DNA from: Verrucomicrobiota bacterium
GTDB taxonomy: Bacteria > Verrucomicrobiota > Verrucomicrobiia > Opitutales > Opitutaceae
DNA: 64,000 nt
Reading direction: 5' to 3'
Assembly (NCBI GenBank): GCA_048498075.1
Contig: JBEHYR010000007.1
Location: forward strand, 39,949-103,948
The position numbers and the translations under genes are program-made. The notes beneath the pieces were generated by a model. The model made no database searches. It worked only from the letters and a program-made list of their open reading frames with translations, and was not told where the DNA came from. Each line of letters begins with the position of its first letter. Position 1 is the stretch's first letter. Shown here one piece after another: positions 20,104 to 29,878 of this stretch.

Positions 20104-21549
20104 CTAAAGTTTCAGCCGCAGCACGGCCGTCTGTCCCCCGCGGCCAACGAGCACGACGGCCTCCGTGCGCAGCTTGTCCGCCTCGATCGCCGCGAGCTGC
20201 GCGACCGCCGCCGCGAACGTCTTCACTTCCACGCCGTCGATCTCCTTGATCCAATCGTCCGCGCGCAACCCGGCCGTTGCCGCCGGACTGTTCGGCTTCA
20301 CGAAGTGCGCGATCACACCCGTCGCCTCGCTGACCTTCGCGCGCCGCGCCACCGCGTCGTCGTGCACGAATTCGCGCGCCGTGAATCCCAGCCGCTCGAA
20401 GTATTTCCGCTCCGCCTCGGCGAACAACTTCGGCTGTTCGCCGAGCACGATCTTCGCGTCCACCTTCGCGCCCGCTCTCAGCACGGTGAACGTCACCGCA
20501 TCGCCCGGCCGTCGCTTCTGGATCTCGCGATCGACATACGCGATCGCCACGCGATCCGGCCGCAACCGCGGCAAGGGCTGGCCGTCGATCGCGAGCAGGA
20601 TGTCGCGATCCTTCAATCCGCCCGCCGCCGCCGGACTGCCGTCGATCACCTCGCTGAGCACGAGCGCCGACTGCGAACCGAGTTTCAGATATTTCGCCAC
20701 TTCCGACTCGACTGGTTCCAGTCCGTAAGCGCCGAGCCATGGCAGCGGACGCCCGAACACGTTCTTCGGAATCCGGCCGAGATACGGCAGCACCTCGGGC
20801 GCGAGCAACGCCGCGCCGCTCTCCTCCACATTGACCATGATCACCGGCAAGCCGCCGCGATCCTCGCGCGAGAACTGCACGTAATTTTGCCCGAACGCGC
20901 TCGCCGCGATCCCGACGAACTCGCCGGCGCGATTGAACGCCGGCAATCCCGGCCCCGCGATTTCCTGCTGCGCGATCGCCGTGCGCTGCGGCAGCGACTG
21001 CACGAGGGCGACGCGGCTCATGAGCAGATAGGGAATGAAATCTTCCTCCTTGTTGCGCAGGCCGATGCCCCACAGCTCCTCGGCGACCGCGGGCTCCGAA
21101 AATTTTTCCGCGGCAAACGTCGTGATCGGCACCAGCGCCGCGCGCATCGATTCCGCGACGCGCACGAAATGCCAGCCCGTGAGCGCATCCTGTCCGAGAT
21201 ATTCCGCTGGCGCGCTCTCGGGATCGCCCGGCCGGTAGACCTTGAATTCCTTCAACTGCGACGGCGTGCTGCGTGCGTTCACCGCCGCCGAGGGCAGGAT
21301 GATCGTGCCGTCATGATCGATGACGGTCCCGTAGGCGATCGCCGGACGCCGGTCGGTCTCCGTCTCCATATAATACTCCACTGCGACGACGGTCTTGACG
21401 CGTTCCGCCCAGAGCGTCGCGAGATCCGCCGCGCGGACCGCTGAAACCGCGAGCAACGCGCAACACACGCCATGTAGGAGCCTGCTTGCAGGCGATTTCC
21501 CGGCGCGAACATCGCCTGCAAGCAGGCTCCTACCAAAAAACGTCATCAT
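20104..21549 (-). CDS. Trypsin-fold plus 2x PDZ protein, catalytically degenerate HtrA paralogue
   Basis: GTVIDHDGTII...GQDALTGWHFVRV...GLPAFNRAGEFVGI; PDZ motifs GSPAAAGGL and NSPAATAGL; no TNAHV or GNSGG. ATGA overlap with the upstream stop. Confidence 0.8.
   Translation of the reverse strand: MMTFFGRSLLAGDVRAGKSPASRLLHGVCCALLAVSAVRAADLATLWAERVKTVVAVEYYMETETDRRPAIAYGTVIDHDGTIILPSAAVNARSTPSQLKEFKVYRPGDPESAPAEYLGQDALTGWHFVRVAESMRAALVPITTFAAEKFSEPAVAEELWGIGLRNKEEDFIPYLLMSRVALVQSLPQRTAIAQQEIAGPGLPAFNRAGEFVGIAASAFGQNYVQFSREDRGGLPVIMVNVEESGAALLAPEVLPYLGRIPKNVFGRPLPWLGAYGLEPVESEVAKYLKLGSQSALVLSEVIDGSPAAAGGLKDRDILLAIDGQPLPRLRPDRVAIAYVDREIQKRRPGDAVTFTVLRAGAKVDAKIVLGEQPKLFAEAERKYFERLGFTAREFVHDDAVARRAKVSEATGVIAHFVKPNSPAATAGLRADDWIKEIDGVEVKTFAAAVAQLAAIEADKLRTEAVVLVGRGGQTAVLRLKL
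21474..21533. repeat. Inverted REP doublet, family A, inside the predicted CDS
   Basis: GTAGGAGCCTGCTTGCAGGCGA at 21474-21495 and its reverse complement at 21512-21533; exactly 60 bp. Confidence 0.9.
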
Positions 21550-22889
21550 GGTTTCAAAACGTAGAGCGAAATCTGCCGCGACCGCTCCACCTCGACAAGC
21601 ACCGGCTCGGGCTGCGCCTCATACGCCGCGTGTACTTTTTTGATGACGGCGAGCGAATCGATCGGCTGCTGGTTGATCTTCGTCACGACGTCGCCGCGGG
21701 ACAGTCCCGCCACGGCCGCCGGAAACCCCGGCTGGAGGCCGATCACCACGACGCCGTTCGCATCGGGCAATTGATTCTCGCGCGCATAGGTCCGGGAAAC
21801 GCGCCGCACGCTCAGTCCCCATTTTTCGAACGCCCACTCCTCGCCCACGCGGCTCTCGAGTTTCTCGGTGACCACCGCGTAGTCGCGGGTCTCCGCGCCG
21901 TGTTTCACGGTCAGCGTCAGCGTCGTGCCGACCGGCTGGCTCGCGATCAGATCCTGGATCGGCGGCAATTGCTCGGGAAACCGGCCGTCGACTTTCGTGC
22001 CGTTGATCGCGAGGAGAATATCTCCGCCGCGGATCCTCGCGCGCGCCGCGGGCGAGTCGCGGTCGACGTTGTTGATCAGCATGCCGGTGTTCGCCGACAG
22101 CGAGTAAAAGCTTTCGAAATCCTGCAGGTCGCGCGGCACGATCCCGATGTAGCTGCGCGTGACGGTGCCGTGCCGCACGAGTTCCGCGACGATGCGCTTC
22201 GCGATGTTCCCGGGGATCGCGAAGCCGAGATTGTCGGCGCCGGCGTAACCGCGTGAATTGATGCCCACGACGCGACCGTCCTCGGTCACGAGCGGGCCGC
22301 CGGAGTTGCCCGGATTGATGGCGGCGTCCGTCTGCAGCCAGGTGTTGAACGTGCCGGTCTCGTAGCCGTTCACGCCACGTTCGTCTTCGAAGTAGCGATT
22401 GTTGTTGGAAACGATTCCGCGCGTCGCCGTGCGGGTGAGACCAAACGGCGTGCCGACGGCGTAAACGGTTTCGCCGACGGTGATTTTCCGACTGTCTCCA
22501 AATTCTGCATGCGCGAACTTCAACCCGCGGCGTTTCACTTCGACGAGATCGAGGCGGAGCAACGCGAGATCGGTCCAGTGATCCCAGCCGACGAGCGTGG
22601 CGTTGACGCGCTCGAGACTCGCGAGCGTGACGGAAAGCTCGACCGCGCGCGGACTGGCGACGTGGGCGTTCGTGAGCACGAGGCCGTCGTCGGACAAAAT
22701 CACGCCGGAGCCGATGCTTGACTCGAAGCGGCGCGCGCCGGCCTCGAAGGCGAGTTCGCGCACGTCGATGCGCACGACGGCGTCGAGCACCCGGTTGAAC
22801 CCGCGACTCATCGCCGCGCGCACGGGTGCGGCGAAGGCCAGCGACGCGAGGACCAGCGCGAAGATTGACCGGGCAGGGAAAGGTTTCAC
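21546..22889 (-). CDS. HtrA/DegP-like serine protease with PDZ domains
   Basis: Signal peptide from GTG 22889; intact triad LTNAHV, DHWTDLAL, INPGNSGGPL. Confidence 0.92.
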   Translation of the reverse strand: MKPFPARSIFALVLASLAFAAPVRAAMSRGFNRVLDAVVRIDVRELAFEAGARRFESSIGSGVILSDDGLVLTNAHVASPRAVELSVTLASLERVNATLVGWDHWTDLALLRLDLVEVKRRGLKFAHAEFGDSRKITVGETVYAVGTPFGLTRTATRGIVSNNNRYFEDERGVNGYETGTFNTWLQTDAAINPGNSGGPLVTEDGRVVGINSRGYAGADNLGFAIPGNIAKRIVAELVRHGTVTRSYIGIVPRDLQDFESFYSLSANTGMLINNVDRDSPAARARIRGGDILLAINGTKVDGRFPEQLPPIQDLIASQPVGTTLTLTVKHGAETRDYAVVTEKLESRVGEEWAFEKWGLSVRRVSRTYARENQLPDANGVVVIGLQPGFPAAVAGLSRGDVVTKINQQPIDSLAVIKKVHAAYEAQPEPVLVEVERSRQISLYVLKP

Positions 22890-22907
22890 AGTGGCGAGTT
22901 CACGCGA

Positions 22908-25481
22908 ATGGCAACCAGCAGCAAAGAATACAACTTCCTCGAAATCGAGCCGCACTGGCAAACTTTCTGGGAGCAAAATCGCTCGTTCCGGGCGGACAAC
23001 GTGTCGTCCAAGCCGAAATACTACGTGCTCGACATGTTCCCCTACCCGTCGGGCGCGGGGCTGCACATCGGCCATCCGGAAGGCTACACGGCGACCGACA
23101 TCCTGGCCCGCTACAAGCGCGCCGCCGGCTTCAACGTCCTCCATCCGATCGGGTGGGACGCCTTCGGCCTGCCCGCCGAGCAGCACGCGGTGAAAACCGG
23201 CACGCATCCCGCCGCGAACACGCAGAACAACATCGCCAATTTCCGCCGCCAGATCAAAGCGCTCGGTTTCTCCTACGACTGGGAGCGCGAGATCGACACG
23301 ACCGACCCGAAATATTTCCGGTGGACGCAGTGGATTTTCCTCCAGCTCTTCAAGCGCGGCCTCGCCTATGTCGACGAGCGTCCCGTGTGGTGGTGCCCCG
23401 AACTGCGCACCGTGCTCGCGAACGAGGAGGTCGTCGACGGCAAGAGCGAGGTCGGCCACTTTCCCGTCGAGCGCCGCAATCTCCGCCAATGGGTGCTGCG
23501 CATCACCGCCTACGCGGACCGCCTGCTCGCGGACTTGAAGGACGTCGACTGGCCCGACTCCACGAAACGGATGCAGGAGGGCTGGATCGGCCGCAGCGAG
23601 GGCGCGGAGCTGTTGTTCGACTTGGAAAACAAGGCGCTCGGCCCGCTGAAAATTTTCACCACGCGGCCCGACACGCTCTTCGGCTGCACCTACATGGTGC
23701 TCGCGCCCGAGCACCCGCTCGTCGACGCGCTCACGACTGCGGAGCATCGCACCGCGGTCGATTCCTACCGCAAGAAAGCCGCGGCGAAAAGCGACCTCGA
23801 GCGCACCGACCTCGCGAAGGGCAAGTCCGGCGTGTTCAGCGGCAGCTACGCGATCAATCCCATCAACGGCGCGCGCGTCCCCATCTGGATCGCCGACTAC
23901 GTGCTGATGGGTTACGGCACCGGCGCGATCATGGCCGTGCCCGCGCACGACGAGCGCGATTTCGAGTTCGCCCAGCAATACGAGCTGCCGATCGTCCGCG
24001 TGATCGCGAACGACGACGGGCTCGAAAAACTTCCCTACACCGGCGACGGCCATCTCGTGAACTCGCCCGGCTACGACGGGATGAAATGGGCCGATGCGAA
24101 GAAAAAAATCGCCGCGGATCTCGCCGCCCGCGGCGTCGGTCGCGAAACGGTGAACTACAAACTTCGCGACTGGCTCTTCTCACGGCAGCGCTATTGGGGC
24201 GAACCGTTCCCGATCGTGTGGGTAAACGAGTCCGACTATCGTCGCGCCGCTGCCGCGCGACCGGCGGATTTTCCACCTCAGCCCGTCACCTTTTCATCCG
24301 GTGGCGAGAGGCACTGCGCGCTGCCGCTGCCCGCGAATGCGCTCCCGCTGGAGTTGCCCGAAGTGGAATCGTACCTGCCGGGCGGGAACGGCGAAAGTCC
24401 GCTCGCGAACGTCACACCGTGGCTCGAGATTTGGCTGAACTACGACGACGGCGAAAGCGTGCCCGCGACGCAGCCCCAGCCGGCGGGCGATACCTGGGTT
24501 CGCGCACGGCGCGAGACGAACACGATGCCGCAATGGGCCGGTTCGTGCTGGTATTATCTGCGTTTTCTCGATCCGAAAAATCCCGCGGCGATCGCGTCGC
24601 CCGAGGCGCTGCGCTACTGGGGCGTCCCCGATCTCTACGTCGGTGGCGCGGAGCACGCCGTGCTGCACCTGCTGTATGCACGTTTCTGGCACAAGGTGCT
24701 GTTCGACCTCGGCGTGGTCCCGCAAGCCGAGCCGTTTACGAAGCTGTTTCACCAAGGCATCATCCTCGGCGAGGACGGCGAGAAGATGTCGAAGAGCCGC
24801 GGCAACGTCGTCAGTCCCGACACCATCATCGCCTCGCACGGCGCCGACACGCTGCGACTCTACCTCATGTTCCTCGGGCCGCTCGAGGCGATGAAGCCGT
24901 GGAATCCCCGCGGCATCGAGGGCGTGCATCGTTTCCTGCAAAAAGTCTGGCGCGAATGCCTGACGATCGACGGCGCGCCGAATCCGAAAATCTCCCCGAC
25001 GGCAGCCGAGCCCGCCGAACTCACGAAGCTCCTTCACGAGACGATCAAAAAAGTCGGCGAAGACATCGGGGCATTGCGCTTCAACACCGCGATCTCGCAG
25101 ATGATGATTTTTACGAACGCGCTGCAAAAAGCGCCGCAGGTCTCGCGCGCCACCGTGCTCGCGTTTCTACAAGTCCTCGCGCCCTTTGCACCCCACCTCG
25201 CCGAAGAGTTGTGGTCTCGTCTCGGCGAGCCGCCGTCGATTCAAAATCAACCGTGGCCGAAATTCGATCCCGCGCGCCTTGTCGCCGACCGCACCAAGCT
25301 CGTGTTTCAAGTGAACGGCAAACATCGAGGCGATGCGCTCGCGCCCCTCGGCCTCTCGCAGGACGAGGCGCTCGCCTTCGCCCAACAGCACGAGAAAGTT
25401 GCTCCATTTCTCTCTGGAAAAACCATCAAGCGAATCATTTACGTTCCCGGGAAAATTCTGAACGTCGTGGTCGAGAATTAG
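22908..25481 (+). CDS. leuS: Leucyl-tRNA synthetase
   Basis: MFPYPSGAGLHIGH, FTTRPDT, GYGTGAIMAVPAHDERD, WLFSRQRYWGEP, KMSKS. Confidence 0.98.
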   Translation: MATSSKEYNFLEIEPHWQTFWEQNRSFRADNVSSKPKYYVLDMFPYPSGAGLHIGHPEGYTATDILARYKRAAGFNVLHPIGWDAFGLPAEQHAVKTGTHPAANTQNNIANFRRQIKALGFSYDWEREIDTTDPKYFRWTQWIFLQLFKRGLAYVDERPVWWCPELRTVLANEEVVDGKSEVGHFPVERRNLRQWVLRITAYADRLLADLKDVDWPDSTKRMQEGWIGRSEGAELLFDLENKALGPLKIFTTRPDTLFGCTYMVLAPEHPLVDALTTAEHRTAVDSYRKKAAAKSDLERTDLAKGKSGVFSGSYAINPINGARVPIWIADYVLMGYGTGAIMAVPAHDERDFEFAQQYELPIVRVIANDDGLEKLPYTGDGHLVNSPGYDGMKWADAKKKIAADLAARGVGRETVNYKLRDWLFSRQRYWGEPFPIVWVNESDYRRAAAARPADFPPQPVTFSSGGERHCALPLPANALPLELPEVESYLPGGNGESPLANVTPWLEIWLNYDDGESVPATQPQPAGDTWVRARRETNTMPQWAGSCWYYLRFLDPKNPAAIASPEALRYWGVPDLYVGGAEHAVLHLLYARFWHKVLFDLGVVPQAEPFTKLFHQGIILGEDGEKMSKSRGNVVSPDTIIASHGADTLRLYLMFLGPLEAMKPWNPRGIEGVHRFLQKVWRECLTIDGAPNPKISPTAAEPAELTKLLHETIKKVGEDIGALRFNTAISQMMIFTNALQKAPQVSRATVLAFLQVLAPFAPHLAEELWSRLGEPPSIQNQPWPKFDPARLVADRTKLVFQVNGKHRGDALAPLGLSQDEALAFAQQHEKVAPFLSGKTIKRIIYVPGKILNVVVEN

Positions 25482-25551
25482 GGTTGCATTCGAGAGGACG
25501 GATTCTAGGTATAAACCCCTAGAAATCCCATCCTCCATTTCCCAACCTCAA

Positions 25552-28500
25552 ATGAAAGCCATTCAGAAGCTCGTCGTTTTTGGATTACTCGCAGCGCTTT
25601 TGCCGCTCGTAGGCTACGGAACTCTGACCAGCCGGCAGAAAAACACCCTGCTCGGAAAATTTTACGTCAGCAGCGTCAAGGGGACTGTCAGGTGCGTCAG
25701 CGACGGAAGAATTTTTGAGCTGAAGAAAGGCGACGTGGTGCTCGCCCGGGGGACGACCGTCGAGACGGCGGCCGATTCCAACATCACGCTCGTGTTTTCC
25801 AACCAGACCGCGGTGTTCAGTGACGAGAAAACGCGCTTTCAAATCGAGAAATTCGACCAGGAATTTTTCGCACCGAATAATAATCTGCGCGTCGAGCCTT
25901 CCAATTCGGCCACCATCGTCAAATTCACGTCCGGTCGTCTCGTCATCAACACGCCGCGGCTCCTGAGCGGCACGTCGATGGTCTACGAGACCGAACACTC
26001 GGCGATTTATATAAAGGGCGAAAAAGTTCTCATCGAGGGCGACGACAAGCAGACGCACGTCGCGATGATCGCCGGCACCGCCTCCGTCAATGTGCGCGAC
26101 AAGGATGGCATTTTCGTTTCCATCGGCAAGCGCCTCACCACCGGTCAGGAAGCCTTCGTGAAGAAAACGCTGGCTGGCGGATCGGAGGAAAGCATCTCGA
26201 CGATCGATAAGCCGGCCGACGCCAAAAAGCCCGCCGCCGCCACCGTCGTCGCCGGCACTCCCGCCCCCGCCGGTCCGACGCCCGTGACGAAAGTCACGGA
26301 AGCCACCATCGTGCGAGCCACCGGCGTCGCCCACGTGAAATTGCCGGGCAGCACGAGCGAAGCCGCCATCGCCGAAAACATGAAGCTTCCAGTCGGTGCG
26401 CTCATCATCACGGAAGACGACGGAGAAGTGCTGCTCCAGCCGTTCATCGGCACGATCGCCACCATTCGCCCGAAATCGCGGCTCGCCATCGAGAAACTCT
26501 CCGTCACGACCGTCGCCGGCACCGTCAAGAAACAGACTGCGCTGCTGGAACTGAAGGCGGGCACCGTCGTTTCCACCATCGATCCCGAGAAAAAGGACAT
26601 CAACGACTACGGCGTTCGCACCCCGAAAGGCGTCGCCAACGCCCAAGGCACCTCGTTCTCCGTCTCCGTCGAGGACGATGGCTTCTCCGTCGCGGCGACC
26701 GCGGACACCGTGTCGTTCGTCACACCGACCGGCGTCACCTATTCGATCGCCGCTGGCAACGTCACGATCACGCCGCCGGGCGCTGAACCGCAGCCGCCCG
26801 TGTCGCTCGCGAGCGCCGTCGCTTCGAATCCCGCCTTTGTCGCCACGATGCACACGGCCCTTAACGCGGTGGCAAACGTGGTGCAGAATAATCTCGGCGG
26901 ACTCTCCGCCGATTCCGCAACCAATCTCGTCACGAAAGTCGCCAACACCGTCGCCGCCGCCCTGCCCGAGCAGGCGACCGCCGTCGCCTCACAGGTGATG
27001 ACCGCGATCAATTCCCCCTCCTCCGCCACCTCGACCACCGCCGCATCTTCGAGCGCCGCACTCATCAGCGCCGTCGTTGCCGCCGTTCCTGCTCAAGCTT
27101 CGCAAGTCGCTTCCGCCGCCGCCTCGACCACGCCCGCCCAAGCGGTCGTCGTCGCGGGCGCCGCCGCCAAAACATCCCCGGCGCAAGCCTCGCAGATTGC
27201 GACCTCCGTCACCCAGACCTTTATCCAGGTAAATGCCCAAGGCGGTGTCACCGATGCCAGCGTGCAAAACGCCGGCGCCGTCGCCGCTGCGATCACGTCC
27301 TCGGTTCCCGCCCAAGCCGCGCCCGTCGCCGCCGCAGTCATGCAGGCGCTCGCCCAAGCCGCGCCTCAAACCTCTCCGCAGGCGAACACGCAGAGCGCCT
27401 CGGTCATCGCGACCGCCGTGACCAACGCCGCCCCGACGCAAGCCGTGCCCGTCGCCGCCACGATGATGCGCACGTTGACGCAATCGCAGTCGTTCGCGGA
27501 CGCCACGCCGCAAGTCCTCGGCCAGACGGCCGCCACGCTGGCCGCCTCCGTGACCACGGTCGTCCCCCCGCAGGCGCAGGAAATCGCGACGGCCGTCATG
27601 CAGTTGCTCGTGCAATCCCAGCCGAAGGCCTCTTCAGAATCGATCTCCTCCTCCGCCGGCCTCATCGCCGCGGCCGTCACCCAGGCCGCACCCGAGTCGG
27701 CGAACGCAATCAACACCGGCGTCGCGAGCGCCTCGAATCAATCCACCGCCGCCGTCGCTGCTTCCGCTGCGCAATCGACCGCAGCGGCCACGGTGGTCAC
27801 GCAACAGGTCTCTTCGATCAGCCAAACCGCGACCGCCTCTACCCAGCAGACCAACAACGCCGCCGCCGCCGTAAACTCTGGTTCTCAACTCGCCTCCTCG
27901 ATCAACGCCGGTGGCTCCGGCGGCTCCAGTGGCTCCAGTGGCTCCAACGGTTCCAGTGGTTCCGGCGGCGCGGGCAGCTCCGGCGGCGCGGGCGGAACCG
28001 GCAGCAGTGGGGCCAGTGCAGGAGGTTCCGCGTCCAGCGGGTCCAGCGCTTCCGGCGCCGGCTCGTCGGGCACGGGAAATTCCGGAGGCTCCGGATCGTC
28101 GTCGAATTCCAACTCGGCCGTTGCCAACGGCACCGGTAACTCCGGAAATTCGGCTTCCAGCGGATCCGGCTCTGGCAGCACAGGCTCGGGTTCAGGCAGC
28201 TCGGGCGCGGGGAGCACGGGCGGCAACGGCAGCTCCGGAAATTCCGGCGGCGCCGGCCCATCCGGCGAAGGTGGCAGCTCGTCCACGGCGCAAAATTCCG
28301 GCTCGAGTCCAGGGTCCAGCGGTTCGAGTTCCGGTTCCGCCGGCTCGAGTTCCGGTTCCAGCGGTTCGGGCTCCGGCTCCTCGGGTTCCTCCGGCGAACT
28401 CGGCGGATCAGGCGCCGGTGGCTCAGGTGGCGGTGGAGCGGCCGATTCGGGCGCTGGTGCCGGCGGCAGCGGCACCGGTGGAGGCGCCGGCGGCAATGAC

Positions 28501-28722
28501 AACGGCGCGACCTCCATCATCATCACTCAATTCGATCCCAACTCACTCGGCGAGGTCTCCGCCCACCTCGACGCCGCTCAGACCGCGCAGGGTGGCGTTT
28601 CCTTCGACACTCAGACTGGCGGGGACGGACCCGTCGTCGTGCCGGTCCCCACCACCCCTTCGAACACGCCGGTTGAATTCGGGCAAAGCAACGCCAACCT
28701 CCCCGCCTCCTCCACCCAGTGA
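25552..28722 (+). CDS. Large secreted protein: two FecR-like domains, Ala/Gln/Thr helical repeats, about 200-aa Gly/Ser low-complexity tract
   Basis: Signal peptide; VETAADSNITLVFS and VRTPKGVANAQGTSFSV FecR-like segments; repeats visible in the translation. Confidence 0.8.
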   Translation: MKAIQKLVVFGLLAALLPLVGYGTLTSRQKNTLLGKFYVSSVKGTVRCVSDGRIFELKKGDVVLARGTTVETAADSNITLVFSNQTAVFSDEKTRFQIEKFDQEFFAPNNNLRVEPSNSATIVKFTSGRLVINTPRLLSGTSMVYETEHSAIYIKGEKVLIEGDDKQTHVAMIAGTASVNVRDKDGIFVSIGKRLTTGQEAFVKKTLAGGSEESISTIDKPADAKKPAAATVVAGTPAPAGPTPVTKVTEATIVRATGVAHVKLPGSTSEAAIAENMKLPVGALIITEDDGEVLLQPFIGTIATIRPKSRLAIEKLSVTTVAGTVKKQTALLELKAGTVVSTIDPEKKDINDYGVRTPKGVANAQGTSFSVSVEDDGFSVAATADTVSFVTPTGVTYSIAAGNVTITPPGAEPQPPVSLASAVASNPAFVATMHTALNAVANVVQNNLGGLSADSATNLVTKVANTVAAALPEQATAVASQVMTAINSPSSATSTTAASSSAALISAVVAAVPAQASQVASAAASTTPAQAVVVAGAAAKTSPAQASQIATSVTQTFIQVNAQGGVTDASVQNAGAVAAAITSSVPAQAAPVAAAVMQALAQAAPQTSPQANTQSASVIATAVTNAAPTQAVPVAATMMRTLTQSQSFADATPQVLGQTAATLAASVTTVVPPQAQEIATAVMQLLVQSQPKASSESISSSAGLIAAAVTQAAPESANAINTGVASASNQSTAAVAASAAQSTAAATVVTQQVSSISQTATASTQQTNNAAAAVNSGSQLASSINAGGSGGSSGSSGSNGSSGSGGAGSSGGAGGTGSSGASAGGSASSGSSASGAGSSGTGNSGGSGSSSNSNSAVANGTGNSGNSASSGSGSGSTGSGSGSSGAGSTGGNGSSGNSGGAGPSGEGGSSSTAQNSGSSPGSSGSSSGSAGSSSGSSGSGSGSSGSSGELGGSGAGGSGGGGAADSGAGAGGSGTGGGAGGNDNGATSIIITQFDPNSLGEVSAHLDAAQTAQGGVSFDTQTGGDGPVVVPVPTTPSNTPVEFGQSNANLPASSTQ

Positions 28723-28736
28723 TTCCGCCTGCTTCG

Positions 28737-29873
28737 ATGTCCCATTTCCGCCGCATCGGTCTCGGGCTTCTGCTCGCGGTGATGGGCGTGCCCCGGGCGG
28801 ATGCGTTGTTCAACTTCAACGACGGCACCGATCTCGTGTTCGTGAACGCCTCCTACACGATCGGCTTCGACTCGAACGTCTTCACCCGCAAGGTCGCCCA
28901 ACACTCCTTTACGCAGACCGTCACGGCCGGCGCCAATTATACCCGCCAGGCGGGACTGATCACTGTCGACGCCAGCGCCAGCGTCTCGGCCGGCGGATTC
29001 ACGAGCATTCGCGGACAGGATTTCACCGATCCGTCTTTCTCGCTCACTCTTCGCAAACGCTACGGCCGGACCACCGGCTCGTTCAATCTTGCCGCCCACC
29101 ACGACAGTCAGCCCGATCCCGATGCGCTACAGCGCACGAAGGCGTGGAATTTCAGCACCTCGCTCGATGCGCGCTATCCCGTGAACGACCGCTACTATCT
29201 CACGAACACGTTTCGCACCGGCTTCCGCTTCTACACCGACAAGGTCTCGTTCAGCGATATGAACAGCTACTCGGATTCCGTGGCGGTGAACTACATCCTC
29301 GATTCGAAGCTCGATCTGAACGCCGGCTACAGCCTCAATATCAGCGATACCTCGCATCACACGAACGCTTACGACCAAAGCCTGACGATCGGCGCCTCCG
29401 GCAGCAGCAGCCGGCTGCCGAAACTGAGTGGCTCCGTACACGTCGGCATCGTGCGCCGCGACAGCGATTCCTCCGTCGGCCATGAACGCTTCTACTCTTT
29501 CGCCTCCGGCACGACGGTCAAATGGCTCTACTCCCGGAAACTCTCGTTCACCGGCGATCTCAACGACGATTTTTCCACCACCTCGACCGACGTCTCTGTC
29601 AACCGCCTCTCCGGCGGCCTGCGCAGCACCGCCGCCTTCAGCAGCCGCTACATCCCATCCGCCGGTGTCACCTACACGATCAGCCGTTTCCTCGGCAAAG
29701 CCGGCGCGGGCCGACGGGACGACCTGCTGAACTTCGACGCCAGCATCGGCGTGGCCTTCACCACTCACATCCGCGCCAGCCTTTCCTACCTCTACATGAT
29801 CAACTGGTCCACGCTGTCGGGAGCCGACTTCGTCCGCCAGGGCCTCAGCCTCACTCTCATCGCCAACTACTGA
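28737..29873 (+). CDS. Outer-membrane beta-barrel protein associated with polysaccharide export
   Basis: Signal peptide, alternating amphipathic strands, C-terminal LSLTLIANY; sits directly upstream of the OPX and Wzc genes. Confidence 0.8.
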   Translation: MSHFRRIGLGLLLAVMGVPRADALFNFNDGTDLVFVNASYTIGFDSNVFTRKVAQHSFTQTVTAGANYTRQAGLITVDASASVSAGGFTSIRGQDFTDPSFSLTLRKRYGRTTGSFNLAAHHDSQPDPDALQRTKAWNFSTSLDARYPVNDRYYLTNTFRTGFRFYTDKVSFSDMNSYSDSVAVNYILDSKLDLNAGYSLNISDTSHHTNAYDQSLTIGASGSSSRLPKLSGSVHVGIVRRDSDSSVGHERFYSFASGTTVKWLYSRKLSFTGDLNDDFSTTSTDVSVNRLSGGLRSTAAFSSRYIPSAGVTYTISRFLGKAGAGRRDDLLNFDASIGVAFTTHIRASLSYLYMINWSTLSGADFVRQGLSLTLIANY

Positions 29874-29878
29874 TTGCC

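Noticed and set aside
21546-24053. 835-aa minus-strand ORF
   Set aside because: The N-terminal part is the antisense shadow of leuS; only 21546-22889 encodes the HtrA protease
27885-28526. Pro/Glu-rich 213-aa minus-strand ORF
   Set aside because: Simple antisense mirror of the Gly/Ser tract of the 25552 gene
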